DNA of 64,000 nt from Tubiluchus corallicola (taxonomy: Eukaryota > Animalia > Priapulida): the NCBI GenBank assembly GCA_030141605.1, contig JAQGDQ010000150.1, forward strand, positions 232,627 through 296,626. Direction: 5' to 3'. Below are positions 63,897 to 64,000 of this stretch, in pieces. The notes under the pieces are model-generated. The model searched no databases. It saw only the letters and a program-made list of their open reading frames with translations, and was not told the origin of the DNA. Position 1 is the stretch's first letter, and every line of letters starts with the position of its first letter. Made by a program: the position numbers and the translations under genes.

Positions 63897-64000
63897 CTAA
63901 ACAAAAATAGAGACTAATTTGGTGATATGCAGTTTAAATGGAAGCACAAACTAGTTCACATTTTGCAAATGATTTTGCCTTTCACATCTAATTATTTTCA

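Overview
AT-rich, intron-rich genomic DNA from an animal, probably an invertebrate; the taxon cannot be fixed from sequence alone. Four host genes were reconstructed by hand from splice sites and reading phase. (1) A 5'-incomplete NME8/NME9-type gene (thioredoxin + 3 NDP-kinase domains; outer-arm dynein IC1-like) on +, 476..27450. It has a WAGPC thioredoxin motif and a basic 15-aa-repeat C-terminal tail. (2) CCDC14 on -, 41355..33538, about 909 aa. (3) Cytosolic 5'-nucleotidase III (NT5C3) on +, 53576..58098, 331 aa, with one GC-AG intron. (4) The last two exons of an unidentified gene on -, 63896..61538. Introns and intergenic DNA hold many transposons: a full-length decayed Ty3/Gypsy (Mag-like) LTR element, a 1.48-kb gag-only LTR element, a near-intact 3.36-kb P-element (THAP-DDE transposase, about 65-bp TIRs, 8-bp TSD), a solo LTR with a perfect heat-shock element, a Helentron-type HINE, a foldback-like element, Tigger- and Harbinger-like MITEs, and LINE fragments. 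The best leads are the P-element and its single frame break, the gag-only retroelement and the NME8 repeat tail. All homology calls come from recalled family motifs, not from database searches.
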